From Bugula neritina (lineage: Eukaryota > Animalia > Bryozoa): a stretch of DNA of 64,000 nt. This document shows positions 1 through 13,188 of the stretch, piece after piece. Position numbers and translations under genes: made by a program. Position 1 is the first letter of the stretch. Every line of letters begins with the position of its first letter. The stretch is from the NCBI GenBank assembly GCA_964035545.1, contig OZ037765.1, positions 5,342,698-5,406,697 of the forward strand, read 5' to 3'. The notes under the pieces were generated by a model. That model had not been told where the DNA came from, searched no databases, and saw nothing but the letters and a program-made list of their open reading frames with translations.

Positions 1-91
1 TGAAAGTGAGAAACACCTCCCCCCCAACACACACATTCCACCCCAATTACAATGGATCAGGAGAAAACCCTGGTAAAATAAGATAACTTAC

Positions 92-3000
92 TTCTAGTTG
101 AAGAATCTCCCCAAAGACTTTAAATAAGTCGTCAAAGAAATCAACATTTATAAGATGAGCAAATCTACAACAGAGTAATCAAATCCATTTCATATCATCA
201 ATATTAACATCAGCACAATAATATACTCTACAAATTATAGGGGTGATAGCTTTATATTGCAATTGCAAAAAACCAAGCTTATAATTATATAAGGGCATAG
301 ATGTATGTGTGAAAATACTTCTATTAATATATAAACACCACAGGTTATTGTAAAGTGAAAAACAGCAGCCTCCAAGCGGTGACGAGAGTTGTATGTTTTT
401 TTGACTATCATGACTCATTACCATACCACCAAATTCAATCAAATTCAAATACGCGAAATAACTTAGAATCATAAATTGAAGTCAATTTTCTGAGGTAAGT
501 ACGGCATGACTAACAAAATAGCTCTAATTTTCAGCTTTAAACTAAACACAGTTCAACCAACTATAATGAAAAGCATTCTACATGTCATACAGAGTATTTA
601 TCCAACAGGTGTCTATTGTTCAGGTATATGAGGCATTAAACTTTATTATTTTATATAAATTGAGCAATTTTGCTATACTCTTTTCATTCCTGATAAACTT
701 GGTGTATTAAATTCATAATAACATGAAGCACTAACTTGGCCAGCCCGGCTAACACAGGAGAGAGTAAAGCTGAGTCCTGAGCTTTTTTCAATATAATAAA
801 GTAGAGAGTGAATATAGCTGTTATCGTATCAGTTCTCTGAAAGAAGTAAAAAGTGGGTTCGTTACGCACATGTAAACAACATACTGCAAAGTAAAACAAC
901 TTGACACAACTTCTGCTATAATCCACACAAAACAGCAAACTCACTGCTTGGAGTATTTTACTTCTATTCAGTTCAACGGCAGCTTCTTCCAGCTGCTTAT
1001 TGAGTTCTTTTCTTTTCTTATCCAGCTATAAAACAGATATACAGGTATAGGTATGAATAGGCTGTGCAAGCCTACTACTTAAACCGCATTGAACACCAAT
1101 ACTACTGGCCATAACAACTCACACTGCATCATTGCATATACTAGCTCAACTATTACAGTGATGAAACATACACGCAACTGGAAGTGTATTTTACTTCTAT
1201 AACTTCAGCAGCCAAGTTACGGCCACGTGTGGTTAAATATGAAAAATACTATTCAGTTGGAGTGTTTAGAGTTGAAATAGCAAGCAAGCTGAGTATTTCT
1301 GCAGTTTATAGCCTCTTAAAGAATATTTTTGCTCTATGCATATGTTCAGATCAACCCGATGTTCTTTGAAAGGTGATAATTCAATTACCACCTCTCAGCG
1401 TCATGTAGATATACTTAGTGATTAAACACAACGTGTAAGTAGAATAGCGCTATTTATCACATGTTTGCACCATGTGATATAAGTATATGGGTTACTCGAG
1501 TTTAAACAGACATACTTTTCTTTCTTTCCTCGACCACTGCTTCATCTTTTCTTTGTGAGTCAACTTTTTCTGTTTCTCCTCTTCGGTGTTGATTTCTTTG
1601 ATTCTCAGGGCCAAAAATGTGTTCATCACCTGACAAGTAGAGCAAGGTAGTTTGAGAGACAAGTAGAGCAAGGTAGTTTGACAGACAAGTAAAGCAAGGT
1701 AGTTTGAGAGACAAGTAGAGCAAGGTAGTTTGACAGACAAGTAGAGCAAGGTAGTTTGACAGACAAGTAGAGCAAGGTAGTTTGACTGACAAGCATAGCA
1801 AGGTAGTTTGACAGACTAATAGATGATGGCTAGTGGATATAAGCTTGATGTGAAGTATGTGTAAATATCACAGCTACTTGAACAAAAATTTAAATAAACT
1901 TCAATATTTAATGCTTTCATTACACAAGCCTTTTAAGGACACAGCAAATGTTTAGTGAATGAAGACTAATATTGAGGAGTAACGTAGAAACCCCGTAAAT
2001 CCTGGTGCTTACCATAGGAGAGACTTGAAAATTCCTGGCTTTCACTGTACGACATATACACCTCACAATCTTAAAAACAGAGAGTATTTTCAACATTACA
2101 GAAATAAAATTCAATAAAGTGCTGTAAGCTGAATGCATGTGTTTGAAAAGAAAGCAGCATTCTAGGTTGTAACAGAAAAATACTAATGAGCTATAAAAAG
2201 AGCTAAGAAAACCATAACTCAGCAATATTTACTGAAAAACCATTTGAATAAGTATCTCAATCTGAACTAACACTGGCCAATGACTTAAAAGTAGCAATTA
2301 TATTTGATAACAGCAAACAAGTATTAATAAATGAATCCGAAAAACTAACCTCAAGACTTGTCTCTCCCTTTTTATCATCCTTAAATACCTGTTGTACAGC
2401 TGTGCATATCGTCTTCAAAATCTGAGGAAAATTGTGCAAGCAAAAGCAATGAAACTACGCAATTACCTATGAATGACTATGCTAAAAACTATTACTATTT
2501 TCAATATTTTGAGAGAATCACAACAAATGAGACATATCCATATATTTGCAAGCATATAACTACCTGGTGGTTGTGAACGGCAAGTAGCGGGATGAGAACA
2601 TTGATGACATTCTTACTAAAGTTGAAGGTCGGTCGTTTCACAAACACTTGAGTCATACATCTGACAGCCAACAGCCGAAACTCCTATAACACAAACCAAA
2701 GCTATTAGCAATGGAAAATCGTCAATGAGATAAAAAAATATATTCGTCAAATAAACTATACTCGACTCTATAACCATCGAGTTATCTACATAACTACAAG
2801 ATTAAGGCAGCTCACTTTAGTTTTCTCATCAGCCGTTTCTCGCTGCTTCCTATCACCAGCTTTGCCTACAAACCAGCAGAAAGTAAAGTTTATAAAACTG
2901 CCTCAGAGTGTGTACCTGCCACGGTAGTCTTTAGAAACTAAAACTGTATCAATGTTGAAACATATTGAGCTTTTGCTTGTTAAATATAAGTGACGTATAA

Positions 3001-6000
3001 GGAAGCACCAGAAGTATAGCTTGCTGTTGCATGGTAACACAAGAAGATACTAGGAGTACAGTTTACCGTTGCATGGTAACACAAGAAGACACATACCGAT
3101 GCACTCCTCCAGCATCTGCAGGTACAACTTGTAGTTGTGTAGAAGATTCTCTTCGTAGTGTCTCAACTGTTTCGTGTCTTTACTAGCCGCCTGCTGTTTC
3201 TCGGCTTGAGAGGCCACACTAATATACAGTACATACTAATATACAGTACACACTAATATACAGTACACACTAATATACAGTACATACTAATATACAGTAC
3301 ATACTAATATACAGTACATACTAATATACAGTACACACTAATATATAGTACATACTAATATACAGTACACACTAATATACAGTACACACTAATATACAGT
3401 ACATACTAATATACAGTACATACTAATATACAGTACATACTAATATACAGTACATACTAATATACAGTACATACTAATATACAGTACAGAACTTTTGTAT
3501 TCAGCAGTGACTTTATCACAATGACAGAGAACTGCATTTAGTTACATGGAATTATACTATGCATTGCTCCAAATAAATCCATAGGTGGCTGCTTTCACTA
3601 ATTTAGCAGAGAAGGTAAGAGGGAGATAATCATCTCTACTAAAATTGACCCATTGTATTGCAGTTGGCTACTGCAAGCTGAAAGTTTCTGGTGAAGCAAA
3701 TAATGGTGGGTTGTGTTTACCGAATGTTGTAGTCTGGTAGAATGTCTTTATAGATCTCTGTGAGTGATAAGAGTAGAAGCTTACGATTTCCCATTCTAAT
3801 ATCTGGATCGTTTTCATCCCAAAACTCCTTTAAAGTTCTGAGTTTTTTCAGCTATAAACACATACAACAGTGTTTATATACTAACAACTACTGCACACTC
3901 ATTAGTGTACATGTTACTTGGCAAAACAAATATAATGAGTTGAACCTCACATCTGGACACTAAATTAATAACTTCGATAGTATGAAGCTTAGATAACACC
4001 GCATTTTTATTACTCTGTTATAAATTTAGGTATCAGATATTATTCTTATGCAAGTAATGTATATGATTAATATAGTTGATATATTTACATTTTCCTCAGG
4101 ATTTTCAACAATAGCGCAAGACATGCTTGCAATAGCAGTCTGTCTGTTTTGTAGTTTCTGGGCTCGGGTGGCAAATAAATCAACCACTGATACCTCAGGC
4201 AGAGGCTTTGGTACCTCAACACTTTCCTCAACTTTAGGTTTATCTTCTCCGGCAATATCTAGTCACGTATCAACGTCTTACAATTTGCATTTCAAATAAT
4301 TTTCAACATACACAATGTTACATGGAGCAGAAGAGCATATGAATCAACATGATGCTGAAAAAAGTAGATAAGTTATTTAATACAGAAAAAACATTAAACA
4401 TTACAAAATCAGTGAAAAATTTTTTACAAAGTAAAATAAAATAAATAAAATATAAAACCAGGAACCTGTGGCTGGTGACTCTGCAGGAAGAGATCTTTGA
4501 ATAAGTTTGTTTTTGTCTTTTATTGGCAGAAGAGGGGTGGAGTCGTCACCAGTCCACTGTTTCGCACGTTTACTGTTCATGCCGAATAGTGCCTCGATTT
4601 CATTATTGCTCTTACGCTTTTTCTTCTGTCTCCCATCTCCGTCTCTATACACAAAACATTACATTATTACACCAGCTATGAAAACTAAATACTGGCACAT
4701 TTACATCAAACATACTTTCTTTTAGAAAAAGGAAAACAATTGTTTAATAAATGACTTTAGACGAGCAATCCAAGATGTACATTTTAATAGACCTTTTTCC
4801 AACACACCTGGTACTAAACTTACAATTAAGAGTTGTATCCTCCTTACAGGATTTAGCTAGATCACAATATAGCAAGCAAACTCATTAAAAATTTCAAGTT
4901 TGACTTACATAAAATCCCGACTATGCTATAGAATTGTTCTTTTAGGAGATATATATTTTGGTAGAGGCCCACACATTCGCAGTTCCAAAAATTTCTTAAA
5001 TTTGTTTGAAAAGAGTCTATTGAACTTCAGGCAAAATTTAATTGCTAGTATTTTAAAAGATATATTTTGTGCAAACCTCAAAAGTGATTTAGCAAAGTTA
5101 ACATTAGCATCTTCAAAATAACCCTCATCTTCAACAACTGGCTCTTCATTTTCGGACGGTTTGATATTGATGGCGGTTCGACGAGCTAGAAACACACAAA
5201 ATCTTAATGCCCAAGTCTAAAATTCAGCAACAAATAACAAGAGAGGCATAACATAACATGGAAGCTAAAACGCAGAAAGCATGCAATGTCAAGTATAGAG
5301 TTGCTGTACCTTTACTAAGTTCAGCTAGTTTTCGGGCTTTCAACGACTCTTTCCTCCTTTTCTTTTGATGATCAAGCTGGCCTCTTTTAGCTAGCTTGTT
5401 TGTTTTCTTGTTAGTTAATTTAAATCCACTGGCTTTGCCCTTGCTACCGCTTTTCTGTTGCAAAATCAATACAAATTTTACTTTTAAAAATAATCGGAAT
5501 GAACCACAAATATTGTTTTTGTTTAGTAATTCAATAGACACCTATTGCTTGTCACAGTCTACATAATTAAATTCAAATATTGTACTTCCATGAAGTGTGC
5601 AATCGCCTTGAATTGAAACAACAATTGGACTAAATATATATTTTCCAAGTGTTGAAAATGTCTTATTTCATAGTTTTAGAGAAAAAACTAAACAGTCCCT
5701 ATGCTGCTTAGAAAGTGATAAAATTCCAAAAATAAATTCGAAGTAGAAAGCAGACAAATGATAAAATAAAAGTAACGCAACACTTTTATGCTTCAGATAA
5801 AAATGCATGCCAATGGCTTGTGTTTTCATGAAATGAAAATGCAGAGCTATAATCACAAAATATATCTAAATGCTTCTCCTGACTAATTAATGCTGTAAAA
5901 ATTTTGTAGAAAAGTAATGTGATCACTGTTGATTGACAGGCATTATGAGTATTTCTTTTATTCTAATACTTCGGTGGTGGTGGCAGCGGCGGTAGTAGCA

Positions 6001-7184
6001 GTAGTAGTATAAGTATTCACACTAGAATTGTTAAATATTAATACTGATAGTATTAGTTACAGAACAGTTTCCATTTCTTATTGTCACAAAGTTGAAGCAA
6101 CAGCATGAACATCATTAAATAAGTATAATACCAATAGCAATATTTTCTTAGTTGAACTAATAGCAAAAACTAATACTTATAATAACTTATACTGAAACTA
6201 ACAGCAATTACTGTAATTGTATTACTATTACTAATCAATTACTATAGTATAAGTCTTAAATTTATTTTTAGTTTTATTTTTAGGCTTATTATTAAATAAC
6301 TATTCCGATTATTATTATATCGTGATGATTATGATTATCAATATCATTATGATATTGATTGTAACTACGAATACGGGACTACCAGTGTAAGTACAGTGTG
6401 AGTATCACTATCAGTATCAGTATCAGTCAATTTCAATGTCATAGTATAACTACATACTGATACTTATACTGCATAGTATTTATGATTTATTAGGCTTGGC
6501 CAAACTGATACCGATAGTGATCCTCACTTACACCTACAGTTTGAGTTACTGATGCACAACATCACAGTGATAGTCGTAGTCAAACATTGACTCATAGTGA
6601 ATGTCAATCACTCAATGCGATACTCCGACAGACTTAGAGTAAATTTAAGAGTAAATAAAATTGAATACGTAAGTAAAACTAAAAATACCTCACTTTGATT
6701 TATATTTTATTTTTACTTTCCTTTTAATTTTTAACAACTGTGACACGTGTATTATCACTATGATCATCATTAATCATTGTCATTGTGATTGTCATACTGA
6801 TACTCACAGTCATACTGATAATCATAATGATACTCATAGTCATTGTGATTGTCATTGTGATTGTCATACTGATACTCACAGTCATACTGATAATGATACT
6901 CATAGTCATTGTGATTGTCATCGTCATTCACTCATACTCATAGTGATAGTCATAGTCATTGTCATTGTGATTGTGATTAGCCTACGCCCTACGTTCAACA
7001 ATTAAATTTAATCATAACCGTAGCGATAGTGAATAAATATAATAAAAGTTAGAGCTAAGTAAATTCTACGATGACATTCAAAATATTTCAGTGATTGTGA
7101 CAATGGTGTACAATGAACTTAATCACTATGAAAAAAGTGTGTTGAACTCAACATTGATGCACGTTGCTAACTCACCCTTGCCAT
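92..7184 (-). CDS. NOC3L: Nucleolar complex protein 3 homolog, multi-exon; 3' part lies outside the window
   Basis: Approximate exons: 7176-7184 (MAR), 5310-5454, 5077-5185, 4466-4645, 4089-4278, 3721-3852, 3098-3218, 2564-2684, 2350-2421, 2013-2069, 1516-1629, 943-1026, 736-836, 92-164, with GT-AG sites. Peptides [93 protein letters not shown] match Noc3/NOC3L as I recall it. Confidence 0.92.
1632..1817. repeat. 26-bp minisatellite, ~7 copies (GACAAGTAGAGCAAGGTAGTTTGA(C/G)A), abutting a NOC3L acceptor
   Basis: Directly visible; the array ends at the acceptor CAG (1630-1632, minus strand). Confidence 0.95.
3218..3488. repeat. 17-bp minisatellite, 16 copies (ACTAATATACAGTACA(T/C)), containing the NOC3L acceptor AG
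   Basis: Directly visible; the minus-strand unit ATGTACTGTATATTAGT contains TAG|T. Confidence 0.95.
6760..6980. repeat. Degenerate hexamer array (ATTGTC/ATTGTG/ATACTG/ATACTC/ATAGTC) in NOC3L intron 1
   Basis: Directly visible; it produces the spurious MTMTI/HCDCH ORFs. Confidence 0.9.
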
Positions 7185-8458
7185 TTTGATTTTCAAAAGT
7201 TACTATTATTGTAATCGCGATAAATTAAAATTAGCAAGCCCTCAGGAATCTCAGGCTCGGAAAGTTAAATTTAGTCTAATTACACAATTTAGCGAGTTTT
7301 TAAAGCAGAAAGCGGACAACTCTTACATCTTACGTTGGTGAAGTATAGAAAAATTAACTATATCAAATCTATTTCTGCTACTAGTTATATAATAAAAGCT
7401 TCACTAATTTTAGTGCACATCTTTGCTATTAAAACATTTCATTTAATTATTGGGGCCTTTACACATGTATATGTACATGAAATAACTAATACTAATAGAT
7501 GCTTTATTCAAATCATATTATATACTAAAAGTAGCATCAAGGTACTTGTAGCTTGTTGTTTATGCATGGCTTAGTCCTTTCTAATATTTAATATAACATA
7601 ATGTGTCGCTCACATTATGCATGCCATAACTAACTATGCAATATGTTCATGCAATATATTATGGTCACATCCAATAAATCACATTTTATTTTGATTATAA
7701 TTCCACATTATTCTGTTAATTTTTACAAGTGGATATCAAATTATAATCTGTTATGAAGCAAAGCAAAACATCCCATACCTGTATATAGTAGCTTTTCATA
7801 CTTGAATTTGTAGCCTAACAAAGTGAATTTAACTGAGTTTTATGGATCAAACCAAACCGTTGAAAACTTGAGCTGAACAAAACCTGTCTTCTGTGCACTT
7901 GTGTTTGTATATGTTGTTATGCTAAATAACTGGGTAATATTTTGTTGAAGTGTGTACTACACTTGTTTATCCCAATCAATCATTGACACTACTTACTAGA
8001 TAAAAACTTTAATTTAAAATAAATAATTTATTACTAATTATGTAAGAGATGTTAGTAAATACATACATACAATCAATTTACAAATATTAAATTCAATTTT
8101 CCAACAGCGTGGGAGACAGTGTGTTAGAGTGTTAGACAAAAAATACAATACATTTCAAGATAAGATCATAAAAATTAAATATTGTTTAAATAATTTCTTA
8201 GAAGATGAGTAAATAGATAAGAAAATATTCATAATCTAAATACAGCAAAAAATGTCAGCAAATATATATTAGGTAAACTTTATAAATTACTTTATATATG
8301 CACTGTACAAGTTTTTACAATAAATATACACTATATTTTAAAATTATATTGAGAGACACAAACTGTTTGAGCAAACCATAACATCACAGTAGTTGGTCAA
8401 TTTGAGCTCTTCCACTGGCCACATCAGGTAAAGTACCCTGGAGTGCAGTGAACATAGT

Positions 8459-11400
8459 CTAAATTTCAATCAACAAAGTGTTGTTAAATGTTTGGAAGTC
8501 CATAACTTCCCCTCCAACATAATCATTCAATCCCTCTCTTTCTAAGATTCCCTGTTCCACGAGCGCCAAGTCCACTGCCTTCACAGGTTCAACTTTTACT
8601 TTAGGATTATTTTCTGTCACTTCAGTTTGCATTCCCTCAGGTAAATTTCTTAACTCCAGCAACCAGTCTATAAAAAATAGAACTATAACACTACAGAAAG
8701 AGTTAATAATACAGCTATAATACTACAGAGAGAGTTCAAACACATTGAGTAAATTCTGAGGTTTATAAATAATAAAAATATGAAAAACTCAAATGATGCA
8801 CAACTACAAAATTAGAAACCACATTACAATGTTCTTACTTTCCAATCTCTGTTTTTTGAAGTGCATTTCATTATCCACCTCTCTCTCGTGACTAGAAAGA
8901 GTTGTAACCTTTGTATCTACGTACAATAACAATCAAATGAAAAAAGGGTACATTATACATCTTCATGTAGTGCATGCACATAACATGTTTAAACCATTGA
9001 GTCATGCAACATCATGCACAGTGATTAATAGAATTAAAGATTAGAGCTATTTACAATAACACTTTCACATGTTGGTCCTTAAAATGGGACAATAAAAACA
9101 CTGAACATAAGAGATCAATAATATTGATTACATTTACAGGGACAAACATGCTTTAGTTAATGGAAAATTATAAGTGAAAAAGCTGACTGCAGACAGCTTA
9201 AATATTTGCAAATGTACAACTCATTACTGCATACCTTCAGACTTATATTTCTTAATGGGAACATCATCAAGCTCAAAAGAAGCTGATCTCTTACGACGCG
9301 ATGTAACTGTCGGCTCAACACCTAAAAAATATGAAAACATATTACAATTAGTGAATAATGTGTTTATGATTTTACTTTATATTAATTGCTGGGCAAACAC
9401 ACTTCTTAAATAAATTATAGCTAATTCTGTTGAAAAAGTCTTTAAAATGTATTAACGACTGACTTTAACATAAAACAATAGGATATATCTTAAATTCTCA
9501 AACTTGGGTTAATTATATAAAACCTACTCTATTTCTTTGATTTAACAACTTTGAAAATTATATCAATAGTGTGAATGTAAGGCTTAGAAAACATTGCAAA
9601 TTAACGCTAGAAAATATTAAAAAAGCGCTAATAATTTGCATGCTGTAGAAATCTGCTTACTTTGAATGGAATCCTGTGTGGAGACAACTTCAAAATTAGC
9701 TGCGCTATCTGTTGTAGAGAAATGTTCACTTGTAATGGTAGCATTAGAGGTTAAACTCTGGTCTATCTCTTCATAAAAAGAGCCTAATTGTGCTAAAATA
9801 TATACAAGGAACCTTATGAATTGTTGGTTGAGCTCATTGTAATACTCTGTATAGCAATTAGGAGCAGTAGTGAGAAAATCGAGATAGCCTTGTTATTTAA
9901 TTTTATCATTAAATTTTGGTTAAGGGTGCGGGTTTAAATTCTCGTGAGAAAATAACTTCTTACGCTATATTTTTAATCTAGAACACAGGCTTTTCTCAAT
10001 TTCTCTATTAATGCACCTACATACCTCTTCTGTAGTACCAAGCATTAACAAATTTAGAATGTCAAAAGTTAAACTCATAGCAAAACTCAGCAAAAGATTT
10101 AACTTTACTTCCACTACCCAAACAGGACAGGGAGGAGATAGGTGAAGATAAGATGAAACTTTGCTAATGTTATGCTAGTAATAAATGGGAACATACGTCT
10201 TGGTACACTGGTGTCAGATGAGTCAGAGGTATCAACACTAGTCAGCACACTGTAGAGCTGACTCCACACATTGGTGAGTTGATCAGTGATGTCACAGACT
10301 GACTCTGAGCTGGAGGAAACAGTCGCATGCTGATGCTGCCGGCGTGAACTGATAAAATAAGATATAATAATACAAAATACACAACAAAAAGGCGGCTAAG
10401 TGCAAAAAGAAAATTACATAATTTACATAATAAAATATTGAGTATAAGCTACAACAATGAGTTTGTAATATTTGGAATATTAGTATGATATTGTACGACT
10501 GCAAGTTCAGGTCAACTTTCTTGCAGTTAGTTGACTCGAGTATACCTAAACCTATGAAGCCAACTTTTTCCTCACAAATTGACGCAACAAATTTTATTGA
10601 CTTGAGGTAAATCTTAGAACTCTGGTCAAAGTTCTAAACCACTTAAATTAGTTACCATCCGTGACAAATCATGTTAATTTAATAGTGAAGATTATTTTAT
10701 TAAAATATCTATTGCAACTTTATTATTATATTTAATGTTAATTCATAATACTTGACTGTTTTTGTGAAAAATTTTGTGGCTAAAATAATAAAAGCTACAT
10801 TTTAAGTGTTTAAACTCAGCAATCGACAAGACACTTTTTATCTAGCCCAGTTTGGTAAGTTATTATCATTACTAAACTCTACAGAGTGTATAGAAACTAA
10901 AACCAAATCATGAAAACCATGCATCAGCCATACCTGAGTTTAGTAGCAAAGGCAAAGAGATACGACTTCGCAGTGACGACATCATTGAGATAGTTGAACT
11001 GTCTTTCTAACTCCACAGAATCGAATGTACAGACAGAAGCTGAGTCCATTATTATGCGGTGGAGAAGAAGAAGTCTCTGAATGAAACCCTTGTTGGCCAT
11101 TGTATAGAAGTATGCCTTCATATACAACTAGAAATATTATCATATTCTATTATTCAATATAATTAAATTCAGTAAAAAAACGTAAAACAAGTAATTTATT
11201 GTTGCTGTTTACATTGATGGCAAACTATCAAAGTTAAAACAAATTATTATATATATTATTAAAAAATATAATACCCAATATTTTTTATTGTCATTCTACT
11301 AAATAGATTGCCAAAGATATTTACTTATTTATAGATTTGCAGATATAGCTATTTTCTCACAACTAAAAAAAATTCAATGTATACTCACATCAATCAATTG

Positions 11401-13188
11401 TTGACCAAAGTTGACAAAAGCAAAGGCCATACTCTTGGTTTTCATATCGTATGTTTGAAATGTAGGAGCAAAGACTCGAACAGCATCACCATACACGGCA
11501 CCAACCATGTCTTCTGATAATGCTGCATTCTAAAAACATATTAACTTAGAATTCACAGTAAACAGGTAAGACTCATGAACTACCTTACCAAACTAGGCCA
11601 AAAGCACATGGTAAGGACTAAAACACACATATCCTCATTCACCTGTACACTAGCTATTGTAAGGCTTATTGTAATAAGACCTTTGACCTTTTGTATTTTC
11701 GAGAAATAAATTTAATATAAACTTACCAGACTGTCTCTGATAGTCTCAGGAATAATGGACTGTAACACCAGATTCTCAGACATCATCAGACACCACTCCA
11801 CCTTATTCAATTCTTGCAGGTTATCACCATGGTAACTAGATACTACCTCACTATCATGAGATGCACGGGTTTCACTCTTGGATTGGTGCTAAAACATTAT
11901 TAAAACTAAATCAAATTTATGTATTATCAGTCTTTATATTTTTGTTGAATTTGATTAAGAAGTACTGCATTCAAGTTAGTCACTTAATAATTCAGATTAT
12001 AAAATGAGACATTGCATTGTCATTTTAAATTGCTTCCTTACCAGAAATTTTAAACCGCACTGAGAATTTCTTGCTTCAAAGAAGCTTCTAGAACCTTTAG
12101 GACTCTACAAAAAAAACAAGCAACTTATAAACAGATTAAAGGGTACATACATTAAATCTATTGAACATATTGCATTAACATTTCAAACAGCAGTTCTATA
12201 AATTAAATTCAACTGTATAGTTATCATGCATATACTTATTTTTCAATTTTTAACCTGATTAGTTTGTCTCAAGTTTTAATACTCGAAGCAAATAAATTTG
12301 AAAAAGTGTATGAAAGTTGCACCACTAAACATAATAATCAAAACGATTAATATCTTATTGAGTTTTAGTTCTGTAGTTTCCATTAGTTAGATCTTTAATA
12401 CTTTAATATAGTTGAATTCAATAACTGAAGTTTAATAAATCAGTTTTATTATAAGTTACTGAATTAATTAATATAATATTTATAACAGTATTACTAGTTC
12501 TTTTTCAACATAATACAAAAACTTTTGAATTGAAATATGAATTTACTGACCAAAATACATTTAACAAGAAACATGCACTTCCACCAATATCACTATTACT
12601 ATAAGAATTAGAATGAGTACTAATACTAAATAGCACTATAACTATAGAGCAAAAAGCAGGCATTAGTCTGATACTGATAGTTATTAAATTTAATTAGAAA
12701 TAGTTAGTATCACTATCAGTATCAGTATGACTAGGTGCAACTCACTAGGCAAGATTAAGATGTTCAAATTGGCATTAAAATTATTTTCCAACTATATATT
12801 TGAATCTCACAGCACAAAGAAACAAGTTATAAACCGTACATAAAATTGTAGTTTGAACTATAATTTTAAGCTGTTCGAACTATACTTATAGTTATAGAAA
12901 CTCTAACAGGATTCAGGTTTGTTTAAAGGTTATGCTTTAAATTTGAAACTGTCGAACATTTGCAATTATATTCAATTTTAAAATATAATAAATATATTTA
13001 TAATTATACTTATAAATGTAATATTAAATTTTGCAACAAGTACAACTATACTTGTAAGTATAACTATAACTGTAAGTTAGTATAACTATAAGTATAACTA
13101 ATAAGTTATAAGAAAATACTTCGTATGAAACTTAAATTGAATAACTATAAGATCAAAGTATAAGTATGAATCTTACCAACATCTTCAT
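8459..13188 (-). CDS. Uncharacterised ~410-aa protein: helical-looking N-half, S/T-rich C-half with putative NLSs
   Basis: Ten phase-compatible GT-AG exons at approximately 13177-13188, 12043-12105, 11727-11888, 11389-11529, 10934-11127, 10198-10349, 9661-9793, 9235-9321, 8839-8917, 8459-8667. Reads MKMLSPKGSRSFFEARNSQCGLKFL...RRKRSASFELDDVPIKKYK...FKKQRLENWLLELR...LLIEI*. No family recognised. Confidence 0.8.
9858..10020. mobile_element. ~160-bp MITE family copy, TIR approx. TAGGTGCAGTAATG
   Basis: Shares the core GGGTGCGGGTT.AAATTCT...ATAACTTCT...TTTTTAATCT and TGCACCTA end with copies at ~22595, ~25788 and ~31420. Confidence 0.7.

Noticed and set aside
1492-3488. CRISPR-like appearance of the repeat arrays and their repeat ORFs
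   Set aside because: Units are head-to-tail with no unique spacers, there are no cas genes, and the context is eukaryotic introns.
3540-3680. Possible intronic H/ACA snoRNA in NOC3L
   Set aside because: One good hairpin and an ANANNA-like word, but no properly placed ACA box; needs an Infernal/Rfam search.
6724-7005. His/Cys-rich 'metal-binding' and MTMTI ORFs
   Set aside because: Products of the hexamer array in NOC3L intron 1; no splice or homology support.
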